Of a DNA stretch of 64,000 bases, positions 48,865 through 59,619 are shown one piece after another. The position numbers and the translations under genes are program-made. Under the pieces are notes generated by a model. The model was not told the DNA's origin. It was given only the letters and a program-made list of their open reading frames with translations, and did no database searches. Origin of the DNA: Candidatus Pelearchaeum maunauluense (GTDB lineage: Archaea; Thermoproteota; Nitrososphaeria_A; Caldarchaeales; Caldarchaeaceae); contig JANVYQ010000005.1 of the NCBI GenBank assembly GCA_030059675.1, positions 1 to 64,000 on the forward strand, written 5' to 3'. How positions within the stretch are numbered: the first letter of the stretch is position 1; every line of letters begins with the position of its first letter.

Positions 48865-50173
48865 ATGGGCAATAGATATTTGGGTTGGATAGTGTTCCTA
48901 ATAATCGTGACAGCAGCGACTAGTTATGGATGGTATGTTAGAGCTGTTGAAAATCTGAAAGTTACCGTGATGTCGCCTTCAATGACAAGCTGGGGTATGT
49001 GGATAGCTTTTTACATTTTCTTTGTAGGTCCTAGCGCAGGAGCATCTTTAGTTTCTTCTTTAGTATATGGCTTTAATATGAAACAGCTTGAAGATGTCGG
49101 GAGATATGCATTGATAATCGCTATACTCTCATTGGTTGGTGTATTCCTCAGCGTCTTACCTGATTTGGGTAGAATGGAGAGATTTTACAGACTATATACA
49201 GAACCTAACTTTAGATCATGGATGGCAATAGAAGCATGGATGTATTTGATATATAATCACATTATTTGCTGAACTTTACTTAGCATCGCGACAAGATATA
49301 ATTCAATTGAAAGCTACAACTAAAGGAATTAAAGGTGCACTTTATAGGATATTGTCTGCAGGAGCAAAAGAAGCATCTCTAGAGAGACATGCAAAAGATA
49401 TGAAGATAGTTCGTGTTCTCGCAATAGTTGGCATTCCTGTAGCAGCTATAGGTGTGCATGGTGGAACTGGAGCTATATTTGGTGTTGTAGGAAGCCGTCC
49501 TCTCTGGTACGGACCTTACACACCGATATATTTTGTCCCATCAGCTATGCTGAGTGGGGCAGCATTCTTACTAGCAATCTATATAATAACCAATAAATTA
49601 ATGGGAAGAGAGAAACTAAAAGAAACTATTAATATGCTCAAAAACGTAGTACTACTCCTACTCTTCTTAGAATGGTTCTTTATCTTCTGGGAAGCGATAG
49701 TATCATTATGGCCAACCTCACCTATTGAGGATATAGAAACTGCTTCAAGACTCTTATTCGGACCTTACTGGTATGTCTTTTGGGTAATAGAATTCCTAAT
49801 AGGATTCATAGTCCCGGCTGGGATTCTACTGGGCAGACGCGCCTCCAGAATTCCTGTATTAATGGTTATTGCAGGACTTTTGATAGTAATCGGGATAATT
49901 GGAATAAGATTTAACATAGTATTGCCTACACTTTCAGAAGCACCACTACCACATTTGCCAGCTGAATGGAATATAAAACAAATGCCTTGGAAACAAATCC
50001 CAGCATATCCAGGAACTGTCTTTGGATGGATACCCAACTATGGTGGAGGAGTTCCCTACTTCCCTTCTATATGGGAGATATTAGTACAGGCCTCCATAAT
50101 TACATTCTTGATATTATTGTATAGTTTGGCGGTTAAATTTGTCCCTCTTCAGGAGGTGGTGAGAAATGAATAA
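48865..50173 (+). pseudogene. NrfD/PsrC-type membrane anchor, frameshifted at about 49250
   Basis: WG.WIAFYIFF.G.SAG, DLGRMER, NFRSWM; frame restored by IYIITLFAELY; HGGTGAIFG, RPLWYG, SAMLSG, RFNIV. Confidence 0.82.
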
Positions 50174-53100
50174 GATAGATAGAAGAGAATTTGTAAAACT
50201 CGGTGCGGTGCTTGGAGCTTGTGCAATAGTGGGTACCCAAATAGCTTCAGCGCTGAACAAATTTGAAGAAATTAGTTTAGGTGCAATAGATAAAGAGCGT
50301 TATGGTGCTAATCCATTAGCCAAACCAGAATCAATAATATACTCAGTCTGTCTTCAATGCCATACTGCTTATCCAATAAAAAGTAAGACATTAGATGGAG
50401 TGTTAGTTAAGATAGAGGGAAACCCTTACTCGCCACAGAATTTACTGCCGCATTTACGATACGATACTTCACCAGAGCAAGCAGCCAAGATAGATGGTGT
50501 AATATGTCCCAAAGGACACGCTGGGATCGAGACATTATACGATCCGTATAGAATAAGAAGAGCATTGAAACGAGCTGGGCCACGCGGATCTAATAAATGG
50601 AAGGTGATAACATTTGAGCAAGCAATACAGGAGATTGTTGAAGGTGGGTATCTGTTCAAAGATATACCTGGTGAAGAAGATAGATATGTCCCTGGCTCGA
50701 AAGAATTATGGATATGGGGTTTAATACGTGAGAAAGGAGGAGATCCTTCAACAATCTCCGCGGGAATTAACGCCGATATAAAGGCCATAAATTCAACACC
50801 ATTGAACGAAAGAAAGAATGTCATCGACGAATTTAAGAGAAAATGGTCCTCAAGATTCGGAGAATTAGGTCTAAAGCTTGAGGGCATCTTCATAGATCCT
50901 GACCATCCAGACTTGGGTACAAAAGCTAACCAGCTTGTCTTCATGCCGGGCAGAATAGAGCATGGTCGGAAAGAATTCTCAAAGCGTTGGCTAATAGATT
51001 CATTTGGCTCGGTTAACTGGTATGAACATACTACGATATGCGAGCAGAGTCATCATATAGCCTATAAAATGATCTCGGGAAGGATCATATGAAACCCGAT
51101 ATAATCAAGAGTGAATTTATAATATTCTTTGGAACTGGAGGCTTTGAGGCGAACTTTGGACTAACAAATATGGCTGGAAAGATACTTCATCGCTTACATC
51201 TAGATCTTTTAAATTTGCGGTAGTAGATCCAAGACATTCAAAAACTGCCGCTAAAGCATGGAAATGGATTCCGATAAGACCTGGTACTGACGACGCGTTT
51301 GCACTTGGCATGATAAAATGGATTATTGAAAATAAACGATACGATCAAAAGTATCTGGAGAATGCTAACATGGCAGCAGCCAAGGAACTAGGTGAGCCAT
51401 CATTTACGAATGCTACGTATCTTGTTGGAGTAGATAACGGCAAGCTTCTGAGAGCCTCGGAAGTAGGGGTAGGTAGGGAAAATGGGTATGTAATAGTTGG
51501 GAAAGAAACTGGAGACCTTTTAGCTGTAGATCCAAATGATAAAGAGAATCTACTTCGTGGAGAGCTTCTTGCGTCTAGGAAATTAAAGCTTGTTACTGGA
51601 GAAACAATTGAAGTTAAAACAGGATTCCAACTACTTTCTGAAAGCGCGAACAGTAAATCATTAGAAGGATGGGCTGATATATGCGGCATTTCATCATCAG
51701 ACATCATATCACTTGCAGATGAGTTTACAAGGCATGGAAAACGAGCGATTGCAGAACTATATAGAGGTCCCGTCCAGCATACAAATGGATATTATAACGC
51801 ACAGGCTATAATAACGCTTAACCTATTGATTGGAAACATAGGCTGGAAGGGTGGGCTATCAAAAGGAGGTGGACATTGGCATGAAATGGGCGATAAACGT
51901 GATGGACCGTTTAACTTAAAGAAGCTTCATCTTGGCAAGATTAAGGCAGTAGGCGTTAAGCTGACCCGTGAGGGAAGTAAGTTCCAAGATTCTACTCTTG
52001 CATTAACTGAGAAGAAGCCGAAAAGACCATGGTATCCATTTACAAGTAACGTGTATCAAGAGATATTACCCGCAGCGGAGGCGGGCTACCCATATCCGAT
52101 AAAGGTTCTCTTTCTACATAAAGGAACACCAGTTTACTCAATACCAGGGAGCAACACACAACTTAAAATAATAAAAACCTAGAGAAAATTCCACTATTCA
52201 TCGCATGTGATATAGTAATTGGAGAGACATCCATGTACGCGGATTATATCTTCCCCGACTTATCTATATGGGAACGTTGGGGAACATCGCATATAACTCC
52301 GGATTTACAGACAAAAGCTAGTAAAGTTAGACAGCCAACAGTAAGCCCGCTTGTTGAGATAGTTAAAGTATTCGGTGAGGAGATGCCGATAAGCATGGAA
52401 ACTGTTATGCTCGCCATTGCTGAAAAATGCGACTACCTGGATATGGTGATGATGGATTTGGAGAGGGAATGCCATTCAAGAGAATGGAAGAATTTTATCT
52501 TAAGATGGTAGCAAACATAGCCGCTGGTGATAAAGTAGGTGAAGAAGTACCCCACGCAATGACAACGAGCTTGAAATCTTCAGAAAAGCCAGAAAACATC
52601 TACATCCGGGCATATATAATGAGGATAAATGGCACAGAGCTGTTATAGACGCTGAAGGAGTAGATTGGTGGAGAAAAGTAGTTTACATACTCAATAGAGG
52701 TGGGAGATTTGAAGACTATGAAAATGCATACAATGGAGAATATTTGAAACATAGATTTTCAGGTATGCTGAATTTATATGTAGAAAAGGTAGGTTCTTAC
52801 TATGATACATTTAGAGGAGAAAGGTTCAAAGGTATTCTATCGTACGAGCCTCCTACCGATTCTGCAGGAAACTTAATAGATGATAGTGATTATCCGTTAC
52901 ATCTAACAACTTATAAAGAAGTTACCGGAGGTCAGTCAAGAACACAGCCTAATTATTGGTTATTATCGGTAATGCCGTCAAATTATTTGATGATGAACGA
53001 AGAGACTGCACGTGAATTAGGATTACATAAAGGTGATAAGATAAAAATAGTATCGAAAAAATCCTGATGGTAGATGGTTAATAGGTTATGCAAACACGCC

Positions 53101-53380
53101 TGAAGGAGGAGAGTTTTTCGTTGAAGGAATAGTTAATCCTGTAAAAGGCATGACCAAGAACTTTATTGCTGTCTCATGGCACTTTGGACATTATGCTTAT
53201 GGTTCAAATGATGTGGAGATTGATGTTGTCGCCATTAAAGGTGATAAGCGTAGAGGGTTAGGATTATGTCCGAACGCTGTCCTACGCGTATACCCGGTTC
53301 TAAAGAATGTCTGTCTCACAGACCCTATAGGTGGAAGTGCTTCATTTTACGACACGAAAGTAAAAATAGTAAAAATTTAA
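50166..53380 (+). pseudogene. Tat-exported DMSO-reductase-family Mo/W-bisPGD catalytic subunit (TtrA-like), six frameshifts and a lost Fe-S Cys
   Basis: DRREFVK Tat; CLQCHTAY (third Cys to Tyr); GNPYSP, CPKG, YDPYRI...KRAGPRG; HTTICE; VVDPR.SKTA; PIRPGTD; ETSMYADYIFPD; LTTYK; DPIGGSASFYDTKV. Confidence 0.87.
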
Positions 53381-53531
53381 TGATTAATCTATTTTTGTTT
53401 TATCCACTTTATAGAGAATATATTTTTATTCTCAAATCTGGGTAATTGTAGTAAAATGACAATACTGCTTAATAATTGTAATTATAAAAAATTGATTGCC
53501 TTACAGACAAATGAATTAATTACGCATATCA

Positions 53532-53774
53532 TTATTGGATTCGCAGGAGCCAGGCTTGGTGGAAGAATGGATAGTTGAGCAGTTTCTTGGTGAGCCACTC
53601 AGCTTTTTGTTGTGTGCCTATTAACGTGAGTATTGCTGAGAGCCTTGCGCCGCTGTCTGTGCTTGCTATGGTAGCGCCCTCAAGCGAGAGTTGCCCCTGC
53701 TTGACCAGTAGCATCATCTTCGCTATCGCGTCAGGATTGTTGCTAAGCTGTACGTATATGAGAAACCTTGTCAT
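53532..53774 (-). CDS. ilvN: ACT-domain acetolactate synthase small subunit
   Basis: 80-aa ACT-like protein (NNPDAIAK...), overlapping the ilvB 3' end. Confidence 0.7.
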   Translation of the reverse strand: MTRFLIYVQLSNNPDAIAKMMLLVKQGQLSLEGATIASTDSGARLSAILTLIGTQQKAEWLTKKLLNYPFFHQAWLLRIQ

Positions 53775-55473
53775 GCAGCTCCAACCCCGGTGGTAGTTTA
53801 ACCTCTGAGAGCCATTTGCCAGGTGGAACCATCGGAAAGACCATCTCCTCGCGGCCTATGGGGACGTCTATCGTTATGGCGGTGTTGCTGCGCACAGCTC
53901 TCTTGACGACGGTAGTCAGTTCCTCGTAGGAGTCAACCCTCACGGCTTCGACGCCGAAGGCTTCTGAGAGCTTTACTAGGTCTGTTTTGTCTGTGTAATC
54001 AACGTCCTTGAAGCGCTTCTGGTAGAACATATCCTGCCACTGCCTAACCATCCCCAGGGTTCTGTTGTCAAAGATTATCGTTATGATTGGTAGGTTGTAG
54101 TCGGCAATACATGCTAGTGTTTGGCATGTCATTAGGAAACTTCCGTCTCCATCTAGATTTACGACAGTTCTGTCTGGCGCTGCTGCTTTGGCTCCAAATG
54201 CCGCTGGTAGGCCGAAGCCCATGGTTCCGAGGCCGCAGCTACTAATGAAGCTGCTGGGAGTTCTAGACTTCCAGAAGAGTTGCGTCCACATCTGATGCTG
54301 CCCAACACCTGTGGTTACTATCGTGTCTGGTGGGAGTATGTTGTTGAGTAGTGAGATTACTTTCCACGAAGTCATTCGTGAGTTTCCTTCTTGGCTCATC
54401 ATGAATTCATCATAGGCCTCGCCTACCTCTTTAAACCGCCTTATGAGCGGGCTCTCTGGCCTTTTAGCCATAATATGCTTGATATAGTCTATCAGTTCGC
54501 GTAGTACTAGCTTCGCGTCTCCGTTGAGTGAGATTGTTGGTTTTACGTTCTTTCCTATTTCGCTGGAGTCTATGTCTATGTGGATTATCTTGCGGCCTCG
54601 CTCAAAGTCCTGTGCTGGTCCTATTGCTCTGTCTGAGAGTCTGGTTCCTACGCAGATTACTAGGTCTGACTCCATTATGGCTAGGTCTGCCTCTAAGCGG
54701 CCGTGCATTCCGACTACTCCTAAGACGAGTGGATGCGTCTCTGGGACTGATGATTTCCCAGGCGTTGTTGTTACTATTGGAGCGCCTATGAACTCGGCTA
54801 GCTCCAGAACCTCTTGTGTGGCGCCGCTGAAGAGGACTCCCCCGCCCGATAATATTACGGGTTTCTCCGCCTGGCTTATCGCCTTGGCTGCCTCCATTAT
54901 GCTATGCACGTCAGGCTCGCGTGGCCGTTGGTTGAAGAGCGGCTCAGGCATCACGTCCACATCGTCTTCCTCAATCTCTTCCTGCATAACGTCGCGGGGT
55001 ATGTCTAGCAGCGTAGGCCCAGGCCTGCCTGTCATGGCGACAGTGTAAGCGTTAACGAACTCCTGAACAAGGCGTCGCGAGTCTTTGACTGTCACGGCGT
55101 ATTTTATGTGGGGCAGGGTTAAGCCCACTATATCCGCCTCTTGGAAGGCGTCGGTTCCCATAAACGCCCTGACAACCTGCCCTGTTATGGCTAGAACTGG
55201 TATGCTGTCCATAGAGGCATCCACAAGCCCTGTTATGAGGTTCGTCGCCCCTGGGCCTGATGTCCCACTACATATTCCTGGCCTGTTCTTTATCCGTGCA
55301 TATCCCTCAGCCGCGTGAGCTGCTTGCTGCTCGTGGCGCATTAGGTAGCTGTTTATGTCAGCATCATAGAGAGCGTCGTAGAAGGGCATGTTAGCCCCTC
55401 CTGGTATGCCGAAGATTGTATCCACGCCCTTTCGTCGCATCTGCTTGATCAGTAGATCAACGCTCCTAGCCAT
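53743..55473 (-). CDS. ilvB: Acetolactate synthase large subunit
   Basis: FGIPGGA, RHEQ.A.HAAEGYAR, TSGPGATN, GTDAFQE, GVGQHQMW, GLGTMGFGLP, GDGSF.M, GMVRQWQ. Confidence 0.96.
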   Translation of the reverse strand: MARSVDLLIKQMRRKGVDTIFGIPGGANMPFYDALYDADINSYLMRHEQQAAHAAEGYARIKNRPGICSGTSGPGATNLITGLVDASMDSIPVLAITGQVVRAFMGTDAFQEADIVGLTLPHIKYAVTVKDSRRLVQEFVNAYTVAMTGRPGPTLLDIPRDVMQEEIEEDDVDVMPEPLFNQRPREPDVHSIMEAAKAISQAEKPVILSGGGVLFSGATQEVLELAEFIGAPIVTTTPGKSSVPETHPLVLGVVGMHGRLEADLAIMESDLVICVGTRLSDRAIGPAQDFERGRKIIHIDIDSSEIGKNVKPTISLNGDAKLVLRELIDYIKHIMAKRPESPLIRRFKEVGEAYDEFMMSQEGNSRMTSWKVISLLNNILPPDTIVTTGVGQHQMWTQLFWKSRTPSSFISSCGLGTMGFGLPAAFGAKAAAPDRTVVNLDGDGSFLMTCQTLACIADYNLPIITIIFDNRTLGMVRQWQDMFYQKRFKDVDYTDKTDLVKLSEAFGVEAVRVDSYEELTTVVKRAVRSNTAITIDVPIGREEMVFPMVPPGKWLSEVKLPPGLELHDKVSHIRTA

Positions 55474-57019
55474 CCCTATGACCACTCTCCACCCTCATGT
55501 AGTTACTCTGGGAAAGCAACAACTGGTGAACCGCGCTCGCGACAGCGCTAGTAATAGCGGCTGCTGGGTCTTTATCCAAGCCGCGTCCAACGGTTTCCGT
55601 ATCCTTAATCCTTAGAATTACCTCAGCCTCCGCTGGGTGTCTCTCATCAAACATGCCTGAGAGAACTTTGTAATCAACCAACTGTACGTCGGCTATGCTT
55701 TCTACTGCTTTTAGCGCCGCCCTTAGGCTTGCCGTCACTGGGTTTGAGCCTGCGCCGCGGCCTGCGACTATCTCATGAGCTACTATAAGCTCGCAGGCTG
55801 CGTCGTATTCTCCATCCACCTTGCTTATGCTCAGCCTCCTAATGCTGGAGCGTTCTAGTGTCTGTTTTCCATAGACCTGCGTGGCTATTGAGAGCACGTC
55901 CTCCTCAGAGACCCTGCCTCCAGAGTCGCCTATCTCCTTGATTCGCGCGAGTATCTTGCGTAGCTTCTCCCGCTCTACCGTGAAGCCATACTCCTTGAGC
56001 AGGGCTTCTACGCCATGAGCTCCCGAATGCTTTCCAAATACTATCCTACGCCGCCTGCCGAAGGATTCTGGCATTACGGGCTCGTAGGTATGCGGGCTTC
56101 CGAGTATCCCATGAACGTGTATCCCGCTCTCGTGGGAGAAGGCATTATCCCCTACTATCGCCTTGTTCTTGGGGACTATGATGCCTGTGAGCTTCTCGAC
56201 GAGGCGGGATGTCTTGTATAGGTTTTCCAACCTGATATTCGTCTTCACGCCATAGAGGAAGTTGAGCGCAGAGACTATCTCCTCTAGGCTAGCGTTGCCA
56301 GCGCGCTCACCTATGCCGTTGATTGTGGCATGTATTATCTCGGCGCCAGCCTCCACGCCCGCGAGCGAGTTAGCTACAGCCAGGCCGAAATCATCATGAC
56401 AGTGGACGCTTACTGGGACCTTCACGTTCTCCTTAGTGAGCCTAACTAGGTAGCGCATAGCGTAGGGGAGCGCTGTTCCAACCGTGTCAGGAATGTCTAT
56501 ACTATCGGCACCTGCTTTTTCAACCTCCCTAAAGACACGCATCAGGAAAGAAGGCTCTGTCCGCGTGGCGTCTTCAGCGGAGAAATGGACAGTAACCCCA
56601 TGCTCCTTGGCGTACTCCACCATGCTCCGCGCCTTCTCCAGCGCCTCTTCACGGGTAAGCCGTAGCTTATGTTTCAAATGAATGTCTGAGGTCGCTATGA
56701 AGACATGTATCCAATCCACGTCAGCGTTTAGCGCTGCGTCTATGTCCATCTTCTCCGCACGCGCAAGAGCGCATATCTTGGCCTTCAGCTTCATGTTGGC
56801 GATGGTCTTGACAGCCTCCGCCTCGCCCTTAGAGACCAACGGAAAACCAGCCTCAATAATATCAACACCCAACTCATCAAGAGCCTCAGCAACCCTAATC
56901 TTGTCTTCAGGCTTCAACGCAGCGCCAGGCGTCTGCTCACCATCACGCAGCGTAGTGTCGAAGATATACACCCTCTCAGGAAGAAGATACTCTCTCTGGA
57001 GAAGATTCTTCCAGGCCAT
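55466..57019 (-). CDS. leuA: 2-isopropylmalate synthase (LeuA/CimA family) with C-terminal regulatory domain
   Basis: DTTLRDGEQTPG, FIATSDIH, HCHDDFGLA, GERAGNA, FSHESGIH; SD GAGGTGA before ATG 57019 (in-frame ATG also at 57112). Confidence 0.9.
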   Translation of the reverse strand: MAWKNLLQREYLLPERVYIFDTTLRDGEQTPGAALKPEDKIRVAEALDELGVDIIEAGFPLVSKGEAEAVKTIANMKLKAKICALARAEKMDIDAALNADVDWIHVFIATSDIHLKHKLRLTREEALEKARSMVEYAKEHGVTVHFSAEDATRTEPSFLMRVFREVEKAGADSIDIPDTVGTALPYAMRYLVRLTKENVKVPVSVHCHDDFGLAVANSLAGVEAGAEIIHATINGIGERAGNASLEEIVSALNFLYGVKTNIRLENLYKTSRLVEKLTGIIVPKNKAIVGDNAFSHESGIHVHGILGSPHTYEPVMPESFGRRRRIVFGKHSGAHGVEALLKEYGFTVEREKLRKILARIKEIGDSGGRVSEEDVLSIATQVYGKQTLERSSIRRLSISKVDGEYDAACELIVAHEIVAGRGAGSNPVTASLRAALKAVESIADVQLVDYKVLSGMFDERHPAEAEVILRIKDTETVGRGLDKDPAAAITSAVASAVHQLLLSQSNYMRVESGHRDG

Positions 57020-57112
57020 AAAATCACCTCTAGAGAATAATGAGTTTGAGGAGGAGACGGCCCTGAAGAAGGCTACTAGCATTTTCCAAATCGCGGCGAG
57101 CCGTTGGGCCAT

Positions 57113-57142
57113 TTACCGAGCGCGGTGAAGCAATAATCCCAC
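57113..57142 (-). CDS. Putative leucine leader peptide uORF (M)GLLLHRAR
   Basis: GTG GGA TTA TTG CTT CAC CGC GCT CGG TAA, in the about 130-nt leader of leuA downstream of a TATA box. Confidence 0.5.
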   Translation of the reverse strand: MGLLLHRAR

Positions 57143-57174
57143 CCTCAGACTTGTAATCCCTAACGCTGTACAGA

Positions 57175-57186
57175 GCTATATAAGCA
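57175..57186 (-). promoter_or_regulatory. TATA box of the leuA-ilvB-ilvN leader transcript
   Basis: CTTATATAG on the minus strand, just after the pccB stop codon. Confidence 0.55.
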
Positions 57187-57198
57187 TTGACGAGTTCT

Positions 57199-58749
57199 TC
57201 ATAGAGGGATGTTGCCGTGCTTCTTTGCTGGTCTGAATTCTTCTTTGTCGCGTAGCATGTCTAGGGCTTTTATGAGCTTGATGCGCGTCTCAGATGGTTC
57301 TATGACCTCATCTACCAAGCCCCGCTCGGCAGCCACATAGGGGTTGGCGAACTTTCTGCGATACTCCGCGGCCAGCTCACGCCGCTTGGCCTCTGGGTCT
57401 TGCGCAGAAGCTACCTCTTTCCTGAAGATTATGTTGATAGCTCCTTCGGGGCCCATAACCGCTATCTCGGCGGTTGGCCAGGCTAGGTTTATGTCTGCTC
57501 GCGAGTATTTGGAGCCCATGGCGCAGTAGGCGCCTCCATAGGCTTTACGTATGTTGACCGTTATCTTCGGGACTGTTGCTTCGCAGTATGCGTAGAGGAG
57601 CTTGCTTCCGTGCCTGATTATCCCGCCGTGCTCCTGCTCTATTCCTGGCATGTATCCTGGGACATCTACAAATGTGATTATTGGTATGTTGAAGCAGTCG
57701 CAGAATCTTATGAAGCGCGCGGCCTTATCGCTGGAGTTTATGTCCAGCACACCCGCCATGTGGAGCGGCTGGTTGGCCACAACTCCAACAGTATTCCCAT
57801 CAAGCCTACCAAAGCCCACAATAATGTTTTGCGCCCAGCCCGCGTGAACCTCCATAAAATCACCATCATCCAAGACCTCTAGGATTATCTGCTTCATGTC
57901 ATATGGCTTATACGGGTCTTCTGGAACTATGCTTTCTATTCCATCAAGCCTCCTGTCTGGCCTATCCTGCGGCTCCACGCGCGGAGGTAGCTCGCTGTTG
58001 TTGGACGGCAGGTAGGAGAGGAGGCGTCTAATCATCATTAGGCACTCCTCATCATCGGCCGCGGTGAAGTGCGCTACGCCGCTAATTTCAGCATGAACAT
58101 GAGCGCCTCCCAGCTCCTCAAACGACACCTCCTGCCCCAACGCTGCTTTCACCACATCAGGGCCTGTAACGAACATCGTGGCGGTTTTCTCCACCATGAA
58201 GATGAAGTCCGTCATGGCTGGGCTGTATACCGCACCGCCAGCGCATGGGCCCATTATGGCTGAAATCTGTGGAATTACGCCTGAGGCTAGTGTGTTTCTG
58301 AAGAATATCTCGCTATACGCGGCGAGGCTTGCTATCCCCTCCTGTATCCTCGCTCCTCCAGAGTCGTTTAGCCCTATGACGGGAGCGCCTGTCTTTAGGG
58401 CTAGGTCCATTATCTTACAGACCTTCTTCCCGAAGACCTCGCCTAGCGAGCCGCCCATCACCGTGAAGTCATGCGAGAAGACGAATACCGTTCTCCCATC
58501 TATCTTACCATATCCCGTAACTACTCCATCGCCGAGGTAGCGTCTCTCGGCCATGCCGAACTCAGTAGCCCTATGGACTGCGAACTTGTCAATCTCAACG
58601 AAGCTACCAGGGTCTAGGAGTATGTCCAGCCTTTCGCGGGCTGTGAGCTTCCCCTTAGCGTGCTGCTCCTCAATCTTCTTCACTCCTCCTCCAAGCTCCG
58701 CTTCGCGATTCATCTTGCGGAGACGTTCCAGCAGGTCTTCATGGAGCAT
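57199..58749 (-). CDS. Acyl-CoA carboxylase carboxyltransferase (PccB/MmdA-like)
   Basis: QHAKGKLTARER, GDGVVTGYG, DSGGARIQEG, GPCAGGAVY, RKAYGGAY, KKHGNIPL. Confidence 0.95.
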   Translation of the reverse strand: MLHEDLLERLRKMNREAELGGGVKKIEEQHAKGKLTARERLDILLDPGSFVEIDKFAVHRATEFGMAERRYLGDGVVTGYGKIDGRTVFVFSHDFTVMGGSLGEVFGKKVCKIMDLALKTGAPVIGLNDSGGARIQEGIASLAAYSEIFFRNTLASGVIPQISAIMGPCAGGAVYSPAMTDFIFMVEKTATMFVTGPDVVKAALGQEVSFEELGGAHVHAEISGVAHFTAADDEECLMMIRRLLSYLPSNNSELPPRVEPQDRPDRRLDGIESIVPEDPYKPYDMKQIILEVLDDGDFMEVHAGWAQNIIVGFGRLDGNTVGVVANQPLHMAGVLDINSSDKAARFIRFCDCFNIPIITFVDVPGYMPGIEQEHGGIIRHGSKLLYAYCEATVPKITVNIRKAYGGAYCAMGSKYSRADINLAWPTAEIAVMGPEGAINIIFRKEVASAQDPEAKRRELAAEYRRKFANPYVAAERGLVDEVIEPSETRIKLIKALDMLRDKEEFRPAKKHGNIPL

Positions 58750-58819
58750 GACGGCCAACATACAGCAGTCATAGCAGCTTTTAATGCTTTAATGCGTGTA
58801 GCATGTTGTTTATGCTGGG

Positions 58820-59566
58820 TTGTCTGCGACCATAGGCTCTAGGGTTATGGTTCTTGATTCCGTTGATTCCACGATGGACGAGGCTCGGCGTATGGGGTTG
58901 AACGAAGAGGGCGCCGTGATAGTCGCGCGCAAGCAGTCAAATGCGCGCGGTCGTCTTGGAAGAACGTGGCACTCACCCGTTGGAGGGCTCTGGTTTACGA
59001 TAGTAGTTATCCCGAAGCAGAGCGCCACGACGTCGCCTCTTCTCAGTCTAGCCGCATCGCTTGCCGTGGCGCGTGGAATAACCGCAGCCACGGGTCTGCC
59101 AGCAGCTATCAGATGGCCCAACGACGTTTATATTCATGGTGGGAAGGTGGCTGGGGTACTCACAGAGCTAGAAGTCGTGGGCGACGTGATAACACGCGCA
59201 TTTGTGGGAGTGGGGGTTAATGCTAATTTTGAACTAGACGAGCTCCCAGAGGAGATACGCAGCAAGACCACCACAATACTCCGCGAGCTCGGCCGTGGAG
59301 TAAGCCTAGATGAGCTACTGGCAAAAATACTCAAGGAGTTCAACAGCATTTATGAAACATACAAAACAGGATGGCATGACGAGATTCTCCGCGAGGTGAA
59401 GGAGAATATGGAGCTATTGGGCAGCCCTGTGGTGGTTACGCTCACTAATGGCACGTTGATAGGAGTGTTAGAGGATATAGACGAGTTGGGCAGGATAATA
59501 CTTCGCTTAGACCAAGACAGGATACAACTATCCCCAGGGGATGTGGAGCGTATAGCTCCCGCGTAG
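58820..59566 (+). CDS. birA: Biotin-protein ligase (no HTH)
   Basis: DSTMD, Q..ARGRLGR.W.SP.GGL, RWPND, KVAGVL.E, GVGVN. Confidence 0.92.
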   Translation: MSATIGSRVMVLDSVDSTMDEARRMGLNEEGAVIVARKQSNARGRLGRTWHSPVGGLWFTIVVIPKQSATTSPLLSLAASLAVARGITAATGLPAAIRWPNDVYIHGGKVAGVLTELEVVGDVITRAFVGVGVNANFELDELPEEIRSKTTTILRELGRGVSLDELLAKILKEFNSIYETYKTGWHDEILREVKENMELLGSPVVVTLTNGTLIGVLEDIDELGRIILRLDQDRIQLSPGDVERIAPA

Positions 59567-59619
59567 CACTGTCTTGAAAATTATATTAGCATCTGCTGGT
59601 GGTTTGTGGTGAGCTGGAT

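Larger units (their letters stand above)
47300..53530. mobile_element. AT-rich, probably horizontally acquired islet between ilvC and ilvN; no mobility gene; boundaries approximate
   Basis: Abrupt visible shift to AT-rich composition and codon usage; carries an LLM gene and a decayed respiratory operon. Confidence 0.6.

Noticed and set aside
50166-53380. Recoding (selenocysteine or readthrough) explaining the split molybdoenzyme
   Set aside because: The breaks are frame changes rather than in-frame TGA/TAG codons, and a conserved Cys is also mutated.
57020-57112. 31-aa N-terminal extension of LeuA as the main start
   Set aside because: A strong SD precedes ATG 57019 and the extension looks non-homologous; it is kept only as a possible regulatory re-initiation site in the leader finding.
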